Counted from the stretch's first letter, positions 48,281-61,500 are shown. The stretch: 64,000 nucleotides of DNA from Mustelus asterias (GCF_964213995.1 NC_135814.1:9300001-9364000); one strand, 5' to 3'. Notes: a model not told the origin generated them from the sequence alone. Translations and numbers: made by a program.

Positions 48281-48940
48281 AAACACACAACTCATTCCTG
48301 GTTGGGACTTCCGCCTTTAAAAATCTGACTTGAGTGCAAGAGCCACGATTGGCACCCAAGTCCTGAAATTGGCACCTAGATACCAGCAGATGCGCATCCT
48401 GGATTAGGCAGAGGTGCAGAAACACCAAAGTTGGACCTTTACAGCTGGATCTCCAAGATTCTAGTGACTATCTTTCCCCTGCTAGACAAGTGAAATGATT
48501 GAAATCTCTGCTGCCTGCATCCTCACACCAAGTCCAATTCAGCCACTAATATTTATTATTTATTTGTGTCACCAGCGGGCTTACCTTAACACTGAAATGA
48601 AGTTACTGTGAAAATGCCCTAGTCGCCACACTCTGGCACCTGTTCAGGTACACTGAGGGAGAATTTAGCATGGCCAATGCACCCTAACTACCCTGTATGC
48701 TTGCTGACTTGAACTTCTGGATCACCAATACCTCACATTTAAAATCCTCACCCTTGTATTCAAACCCTTCCATGTTTTCCCTCTCCCCAACTTCCAACTC
48801 CAGGCTTCATTGCCCTCCTCCAATTAAAACATCTTGTGCAACCCCCACCCCACTTCCTTCGCCCCCACCACTGGCAGCTGAGACTCTAGCTGTCTCAACC
48901 TTAAGCTCTGGAATTCCCCTTCGAACCTCTCCAGCTCTAA

Positions 48941-49683
48941 CCCAAAATGACATCAAAGGACTAACTTCCTTCCACTTCCTTTGGGCCCAAAAGTAAAAAT
49001 TCTCTTAGCCCAACCACAAAACCTATCATGGACAGCTGGAAGACATGATAAATTTCTCAACAAGTAAAATTTGAGAAGCCACGGAAATGGAGGCACAGAT
49101 ATCGCACTGCTGGCCACAGCATATCCTGTACATGCTGTACAATTTCTTGTTGAAGCTTTTGGCCACTTGTACTAATGTCTCCTCCTCCTTTGGCTGTGTG
49201 TCAACTACACTCCACGAAGGGGTGGTTCACAGCACAGAAGGTGCTGCATAAATCCGAGTTGATACACCAACTAAAATATTTAAACCTGGGCAGAATATAT
49301 ACATTTGCTATGTAATATACTGCTGTGCATGTATTTCTCGCCCTCTCCTCACCCTAAATGGCAGTCCCTGTGAAGACTGAATGAGGAAACAGTTATTCCA
49401 ATATCAAAGGAAAGGATTCATTATTCAAAGGGACCTCATGAATGTCCAAAGATTGCTTGAAATAAATTGTACAGTATGTACAGGATATGCTGGGTCAGCA
49501 GTGCGATATCTGTGCCTCCATTTCCATGGCTTCTCATATTTTACTTGTTGAGATATTTATCATGTCTTCCAGCTGTCCGGAATATGCTTTGTGGTCGGGC
49601 TTTGAACAGAGTTGAGCCGAGAGAATTCCTGCTTTAGGTCCAAGGAAGTCAAAGCAAATTTGCCCTTTGATGTAGTTTTGGGG
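48941..49683. repeat. Long inverted repeat: ~205-220 bp arms around a ~320 bp spacer
   Basis: 49030-49145 is the reverse complement of 49464-49578 with about 6 differences by manual alignment; weaker similarity extends to 48941 and 49683. Confidence 0.92.
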
Positions 49684-50072
49684 GTCTGTAAGCAGCCCCC
49701 GCCCCCACTCATCCCCTCATAGAATTGTAAACATGGACAGCAAATTGGTCAGGTTGAAGACGTAGGAGGGGGCTCGTGTGGGACATGATCGTTGACACAA
49801 ACGGCCTCTGATGAATGGCCATCATCTACTCGACAGGTTAACTGTTTCTCTACACAGGCGATGCCTCCTCTGGGGTGGAGGTTTCCTCGCAGATGAGGTC
49901 TCCTGAACATCTGCAGCATTTGGCTTTCTTGTTCGGCAGGAAGTTTAAGTTTATTTATTAGTGTCACAAGTAGGTTTGCATTAACACTGCAAAGAAGGAA
50001 CTGAGAAAAAAGTTGTTGGAGGGACACAGTTTTCCACAGAGAGTATTTACAGATTGTACTCCAAATAATGAT

Positions 50073-50396
50073 CCATAGAATCACAGAATCCCAACACTGC
50101 AGAGAGAGGCCATTCGACACATCGAGCCTGCACCGACAACAATCCCACCCAAGCCCTATCCCCGTAACTCCACATATTTACCCTTCTAATCTCCCTGACA
50201 CTAAGGGGCAATTTAGCGTGGCCAATCCACCTAACCTGCACATCTTTGGACTGTGGGAGGAAACCGGAGCACCCGGAGGAAACCTACGCAGACACAGTGA
50301 GAACATGCAAACCCCACGCAGACAGTCACCCGAGGCCAGAATTGAACCCAGACCCCTGGCGCTGTGAGGCAACAGTGCTAACCACTGCGCCACCCC
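50073..50396 (-). mobile_element. HE1-type V-SINE
   Basis: Reverse-complement pattern. Confidence 0.88.
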
Positions 50397-50943
50397 TTAA
50401 GTGACAAAGGAAGGGAAGATTCAGGCCTACGGGGTGGGGGGGGGGGGGGTGTAGTAGGAGGGTAGAGAGCTCTGTTGTGGGATTAGTTCCACGTTGTTCC
50501 AGCAAAGAGCCAGGATAGATGTATGTGAAAGATTGAACATCACCCTGCTGTGCTGCAACTCTCTGGGGCCTTGTGATTGTCTTGTTGTGACTTTGCAGTG
50601 GTTATTACTTCAGATTTTCAGCATTAAAAATTTATCTTGTAATACCGCGTCAGCATTAAATTAAAATTTCAAAATATACATTTACATTTCTTTCTCCAAA
50701 TAAAAATGAAAACCTTCCGCACGGACACACTGACCATTCCAAAAACAGTCCTTAAAAATAGAAACTATGAGTTAAAGCAAGGTCACGCTGTGCTGCATGC
50801 ATTACATGTCCTTTATGCAACGATCTACAACACTTGACAGCGTTCACATTCTCTCGTGTGCACAAACAAAATAAAGCAGCATTGTTATCACCATTGAGTA
50901 TCCCATTTCCCAGCCAAGTCCATTATCAGGAATAGTGTCAAAC

Positions 50944-51036
50944 CTTCTCACTGTCAATGTGAACCACATCCTTTGCCTCAGGATTCTCTTCCCACAATGG
51001 AGCACCCTCCGGGTCCCTCATAAATGCCACCATTGA
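50944..51036 (-). CDS. PDIA5: PDIA5 coding exon (~exon 6, 93 nt): SMVAFMRDPEGAPLWEENPEAKDVVHIDSEK
   Basis: ttcacAG acceptor and AAG|GTTTGA donor; PLWEE..AKDVVH.DSEK motif of PDIA5. Confidence 0.96.
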
Positions 51037-51939
51037 CTGTGAACAATCAGAAACAGTGCAGAGTTCATGAGTTTCTAAGCTGAGCAGCAGAACCTCCGTT
51101 TTGAATACACAAATTATTTGTGGTGGTGTGGAGGATTAAAGGAATTGAAAAAGACTATTTGCATCTAAAACTTCTTGGGCTCATCAGTGGCATTGTGCTT
51201 ATTCCAGCCTGATCCCAAAGAGGTTTCTCACAAACTGGCAGGGACGGGGAGGAGATTACATCAAGCATTACAACGTTAACCACCGGAACAGGCCAACAGA
51301 TGAGACTTGAGCACGGAACGCATGGTTGTGATCCCTTCTTTCCCCCCTCCCCTCACAACACACCCATCGCCAGCGAGCAGAGGAAATTCCAATTAGGGTT
51401 TGGTTTGCAAGTGTTAAGTCACATGCGAAAAAAAAAAGCAATGGCCTCTTTTGCAAGCGGAATCAAAGGAAAGTGTTGGGTTTTCCACTAATGCTGGTTT
51501 TTGCCAGAAAGTCGCCTTTGTTGTGACGCAAGGATTACGGCTCTGCAGCGGGCTGCCAAGACGCCCCTGCCACCAGAACCTGAATACCACCATTCTCCAG
51601 TCAGCGGGCATTAGTACACTGATGAGCCAGACCACCAGACCTTTTACAAACATTCTGCAGGAGAGCCAAAGAGTGGAATTCCTCAGGGGATTTACGAAGA
51701 AAGATTCAAAACTTTAACTCAGGGGAGGGAGGGGAGGGAGGGAGAGAGAGAGAGAGAAGCTGTTTAAGGATACAGTTGAAAAAACACAACACTGGAACGC
51801 TGAAGCAGAGGGAAGATTGGGGGGGGGGGGGGAGGGTGAATGGTTTGGCAGGAGTAGTGAAAGGCTGGACTGCTGAAAGTCCAATTTAGATCCTCACGTG
51901 ATCAGCGATCAGCATATAAAATAGGTTTACAATGGGGAA

Positions 51940-52252
51940 CTTAAAGTTATAAAGTTTATTATTTGTGTCAAAAGTAGGCTTACATTAACACTGCAATGAA
52001 GTTACTGTGAAAATCCCCCAGTCGCCACACTCCGGCGCCCGTTCAGGTACACTGAGGGAGAAGTTAGCACGGCCAAAGCACCTAACCAGCACGTCTTTCG
52101 GATTGTGGGAGGAAACTGGAGCACCCAGAGGAAACCCACGCAGATATGGGGAGAACGTGCGGACTCCGCACAGACAGTGACCCAAGCCGGGAATTAAACC
52201 TGGGTCCCTGGCGCTGTGACACAGCAGTGCTAACCGCTGTGCCACCGTGCCA
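51940..52252 (-). mobile_element. V-SINE, tail type 2
   Basis: Reverse-complement pattern. Confidence 0.88.
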
Positions 52253-53539
52253 CTCTGGAAATCATTCAAAGAAAATGATACATTTTTAACAGAGAGAGTG
52301 AGTGAGTGAGTGAGAGCGCGAGAGCGTGCGTGTGAATGGGTGGGCAGCAGGGTGGACTGTAGATTTTGAATGCACCAAATGCAAAAAATGTGAAATTTAC
52401 CTGTGCAAAGTAAAATATTCTGAAGCATTTGTCATTTGACAAGACAAGTAAAAAAATAGACAAATGTGGTTTACCTCAGGTCCTGTTGCAACTTTACCGT
52501 CGCGGAAACGATACATCTTACATAACGTCTGTATTAAGAGTCAGGTTAACCAAATGACACCCACAAATATGATCTGTGGTTTATCTTCTTCAACCATAAG
52601 AAGGGATGTAATTTTAACACTTCCTGCGTTTAGATCTTTACATTCAGCACCTCGTAGCCCATTTTGTATGAAATTCCCTTTTTAAAAAATCTATTGGGCA
52701 AGGTTGGCGGTATTAACTTTCAACATGGGAATCTCTTCCGCAGTTTTTAAAACATCCCTATTTGCACCTAATAAACAACAAAAAGGCAAGACATCTTGTA
52801 CTAGGATTAGCTGATTTCAGCCCAGGTACCAATTGGCTTCAGTGATCTGGAGGACAGCTTGCCTTTGATACCCAGAGACGTGTGTTATACACGGCACGCT
52901 TGGATGTCAGGGAAGGGCAGGTCAAACTTTAACGCAACCCCCTTCCCGGATGAATAGCTGCCACGGTTTACTGCCACTAGATTCACAGGAAGAGCGGACA
53001 ACTGGATCAGTTAGTGGTGGACGCCGCGTGGAACCTTTCCCTGGCAGGAGTCCACACTTCCAGGGGAAAGAGGGAGAAAATTTGATTCTTCTTGTGGTAC
53101 AAGAGGTAACGTGGGGAAACCGGCATCCAAAGCCAGTCAATAAGGGAGTCAACAGCTGCTTGAGGTTGGCTGCCTATCCCACTTCTCATCCTTATTTAAA
53201 TGAAATTATATTCATGACTGCACTTAACATTCTTTATCAATGACTGGGCTCAAACTGGAAAAGGGTATTATAATTACAGACGCCTGATGGGATTGTTGGG
53301 ATTTATTTTCCACATAGCCACATCCACTGATAGGCAGAATAGGTGATTCAGAAACGCTGCTCAAACAATTGGACAATTATGAAGGTAACTGTGAGTCAAA
53401 CCACAATAGATTGCAGCAAGTTAATTGCACAACTGCGAGAGAGGGCGGAAGAGGGCAGTTATACAACACTTAGATGAGAAACGCCAGCCAAAGGAATTAT
53501 CCTTTCTTCTTAGCTGAAGATTGTTCAGGGATTAGCAAT

Positions 53540-53829
53540 AAAGTAAAGTTTATTTATTAGTTACAAGTAAGGCTTACATTAACACTGCAATGAAGTTACT
53601 GTGAAATTCCCCTAGTCGCCACACTCCGGCGCCTGTTCAGGTCAATGCATCTAGCCAGCACGTCTTTCAGAATGTGGGAGGAAACCGGAGCACCCGGAGG
53701 AAACCCACACAGACATGGGGAGAACGTGCAAACTCCACACGGACAGTGGCCCAAGCCGGGAATCGAACCCAGGTCCCTGGCGCTGTGAAGCAGCAGTGCT
53801 AACCACTGTGCTACCTACCGTGCTGCCCT
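53540..53829 (-). mobile_element. V-SINE, tail type 2
   Basis: Reverse-complement pattern. Confidence 0.88.
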
Positions 53830-53837
53830 ATAAAACT

Positions 53838-53941
53838 AGGTATGCACGTGTGTGTTTGTGTATGCATGCATGTGTGGTAGTGCACATGGACGTAGTGTGC
53901 ACGTACGTATGTAGTGTGCATGCGTGCGTGTAGCATACATG
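53838..53941. repeat. Degenerate alternating purine-pyrimidine (TG/CA-rich) tract
   Basis: gtatgcacgtgtgtgtttgtgtatgcatgcatgtgtg...gcatgcgtgcgtgtagcatacatg. Confidence 0.7.
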
Positions 53942-54430
53942 AAGAGGGCTTGGAAATGGGTCTCTCAGCGTACAGTTGAAAGCATGGTCACCTGCAAATG
54001 AAGTGGACACACACCTAAAGGAACCCTCGGGCTACAGTCATTGCTAATGGAACCCTTGAAGTTTTATTTGGAGTGCTCAGTTGCGATAACTCAAAAGGAT
54101 TGACCTGTGTTCATTCTGCATGGGGTCTTTCAGATGGCTGTGTGGCCACATAGGGTAGAGGGAAAATGAGCTCATCGCTCTGTTCTTTCTCTTGAGCGAA
54201 AATGGCATGTGCAAGGCTGATTGTACATTGGAACTTGACTGACTGACAAAACTATTTGCAACAGGCGCTGGGGACAAGCATTTGAGCAATTCACTCTCTC
54301 TCAAGCACAACACATCAAGACTTGTAGCCAAGAATATTGCAAACATAAAGACAGCGCACTCTCCAATTAATCATGTGGAAACCAAGTAGCACGCAAATGA
54401 CCACAAATGCTTGGTGGAAACATTTATTAC

Positions 54431-54476
54431 CTTGTAGGTTTCAGGCCTTTCATATTCAACATGGAAAGCTCCGTCC
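54431..54476 (-). CDS. PDIA5: PDIA5 coding exon (~exon 5, 46 nt): (K)DGAFHVEYERPETYK
   Basis: ctgtctgtctAG acceptor and AAG|GTAATA donor; DGAFHxEY motif; frame is continuous. Confidence 0.93.
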
Positions 54477-55739
54477 CTAGACAGACAGTCAGAAACAAGC
54501 AGATATCAGGATCTTTCAGTACAAATGTCAACACCCTTCTCCCTTGAAAAACAAATACAACATCGCTCTCATTATACTCCTCAAAATAGAGGGAGACTGA
54601 TCAAGAGACACAGAAACACATCTGGTATGTCTTAAAAATGACAAGAACTGATTCAACCAGTTTCTCATAATTAAGTGGCCTGGATTTGACTCTAACTATT
54701 GCTTGCTCTGAACTGAAGTTAAACGCACCATTAGCACTGGCATCAGTTGGGTTGGCAAGAGAAGAATTACTATGAACACAGCGTTCCTGGACTTGGTAGG
54801 GGAACAAACAATAAGTACACCAAGTTCGTCCAGAAACTCCAACTCCAAGTGCAGGTGTTGATGGTGCTTTCAGCTGCTCAACTATGACTAAACACCACTG
54901 CAACAATCTATGCTCACGTGTGGCCACTTCAGTGGCTCTTCAGGGTTGGGGTACCGCAAGCCCAGCATCAATAAATGCAGCACAGGGAAGGACAAAGAAA
55001 CAGAAAAATGATTTTTAAAAAGCAGCGTTTAAAGATTCTTGGTATGAAGCAAACTCTCATATACTTTCATTTCTTCATAATCAGGGCAGAGTATAACTGG
55101 CTGAGGATTTCAATTGTGTTTATCTTCAGCACATAAGCCAACTTACCCCAAGAACAGATAGTGTCTTTCTCAATGAAACAGACTGCACTATATCTTGACA
55201 AAATGGGACCCATGTAGAAGGACTTTAAACATGGAGTCAGACTCAATGATCAAGCAGTGACTTAAAATCCATCACGCTCATGTTTGTCACCTCATTACCT
55301 TTTGACACAGTTAGCCTGTCGCTGTCTTTTTAAGGTTTCTTCAAAGACTGACTGGTGTTGATGTACTAATCTTTGCTTTAGTGCTGAGGGGGGGTCTGTA
55401 ATGACTTGCACAGCAAGATTTCCACTCAAATGGACCCAACTGACTTAAACAGAACAGCAAGACCCCAAATCTGATGCCTGTTCTCTTCTGACCTAGCTGC
55501 TCGTCAACCTAGCTGGCGATAAAGCCACTTTAACTGGCTCATTTAGCTAGAGGTAGGTGAAATATTGGTCAACATTTACACTTATGATGGAAAGTGTACA
55601 TTTGGACAGGTACAGGATCACTTACAATGCCCCGCCCCCAGTCAAAATTCCTGAAGGCACTTATCTGGCCTCTCACCTGAAGTGTGTTCGACAAAGTAGC
55701 CAAAGTTCTAGATTAGAGCTAGCACTAACCTTTGAATTA

Positions 55740-56840
55740 GGAAGTTGAGAGACGCAAGTCCCATTCCAGAGCCTTGAACACACCAGCTACTTGCACACTG
55801 CACTGTCAGAGGTGCGACATGATGGCACATTGATTAGCACTGCTGCCTCACAGCGCCAGGGACCTGGGTTCGATTCCTGGCTTGGGTCTGTGTGCAGTTT
55901 GCACATCCTCCCCCGTGTCTGCGTGTGTTTCCTCCGAGTGCTCCGGTTTCGTCCCACAGTCCAAAGATGTGTGGGTGAAGTGGATTGGCCATGTTAAACT
56001 GCCCCTTAGTATCAGGGGGACGAGCTGGGTAGATGTATGGAGATAGGGCCTGGGTGGGATTGTGGTCAGTGCAGACCCAATGGGCCAAATGGCCTCCTTC
56101 TGCACCGTAGGATTCTATGAAAGGTGCTACTCTGAGACGAAGCCCTGCCTATCCTCTCAGATTGACTTAAGATTTCTCATGACACTATTTGAAGAAGAAT
56201 ATGGGGAGTTCCGCCTGTGTACTGGTTGACATTCATACCTCAACCAAATCCCAACCATCTGGATGTTTGTGGGACCTTGCTGTGCACAGATTGGCTGTTA
56301 CATTTCTAACATGGGATGGGAAATAAAGGGCGGCAGTCAGCGCTGCCCATATCCCACAAATAAATTTTAAAAATTAGAATGATAACTAAACTTCAAAAGT
56401 AAATGGGGGGGCAATGGCCGAGTGGTATTATTGCTAGACTATTAATCCAGAAACTAATGTAATGGGGACCCGGGTTTGAAGCCTGCCACGGGAGATGGTG
56501 GAATTTGAATTCGATGAATAATATCTGGAATTAAGAATCTACTGATGATCATGAAACCATTGTCGATTGTCGGAAAAACCCATCTGGTTCACTAATGTCC
56601 TTTAGGGAAGGAAATCTGCCGTCCTTACCTGGTCTGGCCTACATGTGACTCCAGAGCCACAGCAATGTGGTTGACTCTCAACTGCCCTCCAAGGGTAACT
56701 ACGGATTGGCAATAAATGCTGGCACGTCAGTAATGCCCATGTCCCATGAATGAAATTTTTAAAAAACCTTCACTGACTGTAAAGTGCTCAAAGGCCCTCA
56801 AAGAGTGAAAGGCGCTATACTAATGCAAGTGTTTATTTTA
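55740..56840 (+). mobile_element. Old Deu-SINE split by an HE1 (55815-56120), a Zenon-like tail piece (~56312-56370) and a tRNA-headed short SINE (56405-56760)
   Basis: Deu pieces are colinear across the inserts; aggtgc is repeated on both sides of the HE1. Confidence 0.72.
56405..56760 (+). mobile_element. tRNA-headed SINE made of the 5' and 3' ends of the Zenon-like LINE
   Basis: Box A tggccgagtgg, box B-like gggtttgaagcc, the LINE 5' segment, then the ggcaataaatgctgg...cccatgaatgaa tail. Confidence 0.85.
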
Positions 56841-57254
56841 TTACTTTTTATGGTTGCTACTGCCCAAGATGCACAGAAGACGGACGACAAAAGAAACAGG
56901 GGAGTAAAGCAATTTTTCAAAGCAAAACATGTCGAGTGACAGGAGCTTGACGACAGAGTGTGCTACAACTCAAAGTGTGCTGTTTAGCCGCACTGATATG
57001 GGGAAGTGCCAAGCCAGGAAGACAGGAGAAAAAAAACAGGAAGAGCGACTGTAGCCCAGCAGCTGGTTTCAGAACAACACTTGCGGAAGTCATGCAGCAA
57101 GGCATCCATCTGCTGCTCTCTGTCAGACGATGATCCGTGGCTTCGGGAGAAAGGGGCACGCAACAGTAAGCAAGATCCCCCCCCAAAAAATAACAAACGG
57201 TCTCGTTGGAAATACCTAACCCTCGTCACTTAAAGGACGCGGTTTTCTGCTTAC

Positions 57255-57338
57255 TTGTAATGCAACAACTCGATACCATTTTTCTTTGAGGCTGGTTCCA
57301 CTTTCATCTTCTTGCACAGCTTCCTGCTTTCACTGTTC
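57255..57338 (-). CDS. PDIA5: PDIA5 coding exon (~exon 4, 84 nt): (G)NSESRKLCKKMKVEPASKKNGIELLHY(K)
   Basis: cttcttgcAG acceptor and AA|GTAAGC donor; phase fits both neighbours; contains the ESRKLCKKMKV motif of PDIA5. Confidence 0.96.
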
Positions 57339-58214
57339 CTGCAAGAAGACAGCAGCATGATATGACTGCAAATTGGGGGAAGACACTCTTGTCTTTGGTT
57401 TCCACTGCAACATTACTTGAAATTCCTCCCTCACAAAAAAAAGCCAAAGGTTCTTATAGTGCAGAGCAATCTGCCAAGCGCTCTCATAAATTCAGCTGCA
57501 ACAGATTAAACTAATATCTGGGCTTAATCTCTCTCGCAGGTTGCCAGCAGGTAGCAGCCATATAAGCTTGCCTGGCAGAAGGAGCTCCGGCGACACAACA
57601 GCAAGCCAATTATCATTTTTGTCGGTAGTCAAGGGCAGGAGTCACAAATCAGAGGCAGGGATGCAGCAATTAATCAATCTATCGGGAAGCAATTTGGACA
57701 AGGCTACTTATCCAGCTTATAAAACGTTCACCTGCTGTACATCACAACCTTGTTTTGTTTCCCCCATTTCAAGCAACACCACACAAGCTCCTCCGATGAC
57801 ACAAGAGCACGAGCTTAAAAGGAGGGTGCAACGAAGACAGGTGGGAAAAGGCACAAGTAGAACGTAAACCAAAGTACAGACTAGCTGGGCCGAATGGCCT
57901 ATTACTGTGCTGCAAATTACTATGGAGGTAACAAAGGGAATTGACAGGTAGGAATTAAGCAAGCCTGTTTTTGGAAAACCAGAGCAAGAAATGCTAGCAG
58001 ATTTGCATGCACTGTACCTGAAGGTGTCGTCAATTCAGGGTGTTTAACAGGAGATAGCTACTTACTTCAGAATTAAATGGGAAAATTGAGGAAGGTGGGA
58101 AATTAGGATCAAGACATTGATCATTTGCCATGGCTGACATGAATAGCTAATTAGCCTACTTTTGTCCCTAAATATGCTGTCCAAAGATAAACTTGAGTTA
58201 TATAGAGAACAAAC

Positions 58215-58590
58215 AAACAAATTAGGAGGAGTATGCCACTCGAGCCTGGTCCACCATTCAGAAAGATCATGGCTGATCTGATTGCAACCTCAACTCCACA
58301 TTCCCACCTACCCTCAATGACCTTGTTTATCAAGAATTTACCTACCTCTACCTTAAAAATATTCAAAGACTAATCCTTCCACCACCTTCTGAAGAGCATT
58401 CCCTCAGAAAAGAAAATCTCATTCTTTGTCTCAAATGGGTGACCTCATGTTTTCAAATTGTGACCTCCTAGCTCTAGATTCTCCCAAAAGGGGAAACATC
58501 CTTCTGACATCCACCCAGTCAAGTCGTTTCTTACTCTTCCAAATTCCAGCGGTTCCAAGCTCAGCCAGTCCAACCTTTCCTCATAAGACA
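58215..58590 (-). mobile_element. Degraded CR1 3' fragment
   Basis: gatcatggctgatctg, aacctttcctcataagaca and similar CR1 3' segments. Confidence 0.7.
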
Positions 58591-60254
58591 AGGCTCAATT
58601 GCTGATGAATGCTGAGTTTGTCAGCTTCGGCCAGAGTGGTACTGAGGGAGATACAAATGTCCTCCGTGCACCTGACTCAAGGAGGATGGGATACAATGGC
58701 CGGTTCACATTCTTGATCATTATGTACTGGCCTCTCTGTGGCTGTGTCCACCATACTCACTCAAATATCCTGCCAACATTCACGCTTGAAGCTCAAGCAT
58801 TACTCTCATAAGATATTAATGATTTTGGCATGAAGATAACCACTAAACAAAAGAATTGATTTGCATGACAAATTAAGTACTGCTCCCTGCTGCGCTGTAT
58901 GAAGAACAAATTATCCTCTCTGTACAAGCTTAAAATGTAACTGTTGTACACTATTATCCCTGCTTCCCCACCCACTTTCCCACATCACTGGCAAATGAGT
59001 GTTGAACCTTTGTCGTGATACATTCCCACTGACACAAATATCTCATTTATTATTCAATGAATTTGGAGTGTTACAGCTGGCAGATTATCTGACCACAAGA
59101 ATGGCGGGGACGGGGGGGAAAAAAAAAAGAGAGGGGGAGTGAGGGATTGGCATCAGTGCCTTCGCTAATCTTTGCTTCACCCAATGTCCACAGATGCATT
59201 CCCAGCAGAGGGAACAGTCTCCAGAAACAAAGACTGTTACGAAGTATGATGGAGGACCGGCCTCACAAACGAGGTTAAAACTGGCCCTTCTGTTCCTCCA
59301 ACTGTAGGTCATCCATCTGAAGCATTAAGTCTCCAAAAATGCTCTTGGATCGGCTAAGTTGTTTCAGATTTCCAGCCATGGCGGTATTTTGCTTTTACTT
59401 AGCTACCCTGAACATTGCTTTAGAAGCTAAATGACAAGAACAAAAAGGACAAAAAGGATTTGTGATATATTTGAATGCGCGTCATCACCACCATTCAATG
59501 TGCCACAGCAATTCTTAACTTGTCAATCAAAAATCCTTTAGATTTTATACACTGTGCACATGCCCCAATCACCTCAGTAAAAGGAAACCAGTTGAATGGA
59601 ACATTGAAAATAAGAAATAGAATAGGAAGGGTAAATCCGAAACAAAACTTCAAATAAGGGAGAGGCAAGAGTTCAAACAGCCCTTAAGGCAGGAAAGGTA
59701 TCCTCACACAAGGGCTGTTCAACTTAGGTATGGCTATGAAGGCAACCACTGTGGAATCATTTAAAATACATGAGATGTTGTGGTGGGAGGACTGCAAGTT
59801 TGCCGTAGGAGAGCACAGGAGCTGGATGGGTTGATTGACTATTCATCTTGTGATCCAGTGCACAGTGAATCACAATAACTGCAGAACTGTGCCAACTCTT
59901 CACCTCTCTCATCCTTATTTTCCTACAATCTCGACGCACAAAGCTTTAGCTTGACATCAGCCACCCACAACTTTGTGATTTATCTCACATTCTCTCCTAC
60001 TCGCCCGACTCTGTTAATATTCTGCACGATGAGTCCTGGTCTTTAGCTGACATTCTTAGTGGTAAAATAAATCTAGTGCATAGGTTGAACACTGAGGATG
60101 TGGGCATCAGTGTAAGCAAAGAACCACTTCATTGCTCTTTCAGGATATACTGGTAGAAAGCAACCGCATCCATCTTTTACTGACTTTGAGCAAAGAGCAC
60201 AGCTATGAGAGGAGATCGGATCAGCTAGGATTGTTTTCCTTAGAACAGGAAGGA

Positions 60255-60727
60255 TGTGGAAAAGATTGAAAGGGTGCAGAGACGATTTACAAGGATGTTG
60301 CCTGGATTGAGTGGCATGCCTTAGGCTGAGGGAGCTCGGTCTTTTCTCCTTGGAGACGTAGGATGAGAGGAGACCTAATAGAGGTATTTAAGATGTTGAG
60401 AGGCATAGATCGGGTGGACTCTCAGAGGCTTTTTCCCAGGGTGGAAATGGCTGCTGCGAGAGGACACAGGTTTAAGGTGCTGGGGTGTAGGTACAGGGGA
60501 AATGTTAGGGGGAAGTTTTTCACACAGAGGGTGGTGGGTGAGTGGAAACGGCTGCTGTCAGTGGTGGTGGAGGCAAACTCAATCGGGTCTTTTAAGAGAC
60601 TCCTGGATGAGTACATGGGACTTAATAGGATGGAGGGTTATAGGTAGGCCTAGAAGGTAGGGATATGTTCAGCACAACTTGTAGGTCCGAAGGGCCTGTT
60701 TTGTGCTGTAGTTTTCTATGTTTCTAT
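60255..60727 (+). mobile_element. CR1 3' fragment, same subfamily as 22291-24775
   Basis: ORF 60363..60647 is nearly identical to the C-terminus of the 791-aa ORF. Confidence 0.9.
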
Positions 60728-60801
60728 GTAATAGTGGTATACAAAATAATGAGAGGGCTAGACAAGGAGGACTCGTTTCCCTTAGCTGTGGGGTCAATTA
60801 T

Positions 60802-61110
60802 TGGGCGGCATGGTGGCACAGTGGTTAGCACTGTTGCCTCGCAGTGCCAGAGACCAGTGTTCGATTCCTGGCTTGGGTCACTATCTGCGTGGAGTCTGCA
60901 CATTCTCCCCATGTTTGTGTGCGTTTCTTCCGGGTGCTCCGGTTTCCTCTCTCAACCCGAAAGATATGCTGGTTAGGTGCATTGGCCATGCTAAATTCTC
61001 CCTCAGTGTACCCGAACAGGCGCTGGAGTGTGGCAACTAGGGGATTTTTACAGTAACTTCATTGCAGTGTTAATACAAGCCTACTGGAGACACTAATAAA
61101 TAAACTTTAG
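60802..61110 (+). mobile_element. V-SINE, tail type 2
   Basis: Complete copy. Confidence 0.88.
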
Positions 61111-61154
61111 ATTTAAAATGATTGGTAGAAGGATTTGAGGAGACATGGGGAATA

Positions 61155-61500
61155 GGGGAGGCGATGGCCTAGTGGTTTTATCGCTAGACTATTAATCCAG
61201 AAACAGCTAATGTTCTGGGGACCAGAGTTCGAATCCTGCCATGGCAGATTGCGGAATTTGAATTCAATATAAAAAAAAATATTTGGAATCAAGACTGAAG
61301 ACCATGAAACCATTGTCGATTGTTGTAAGAACACACCTGGTTCACTAACGTCCTTTAGGGAAGGAAATCTGCCATCCTTACCTGGTCCTGACCCACAGCA
61401 GTGTGGTTGACACTCAACTGTTCTCCAAAGGGCAACTAGGGATGGACAATAAATGCTGGCCCAGCCAGCGACGCCTATGTCCCATGAATGAATAAAAAAA
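61155..61500 (+). mobile_element. tRNA-headed SINE made of the 5' and 3' ends of the Zenon-like LINE
   Basis: Box A tggcctagtgg, box B gttcgaatcc; same structure as 56405-56760. Confidence 0.85.

Noticed and set aside
343-61056. Recurrent short ORFs such as MVSTAASQRQGPGFDS, MDCGRKPEHPEETH and GHCLCGVCTFS
   Set aside because: These are translations of V-SINE copies, not a protein family.
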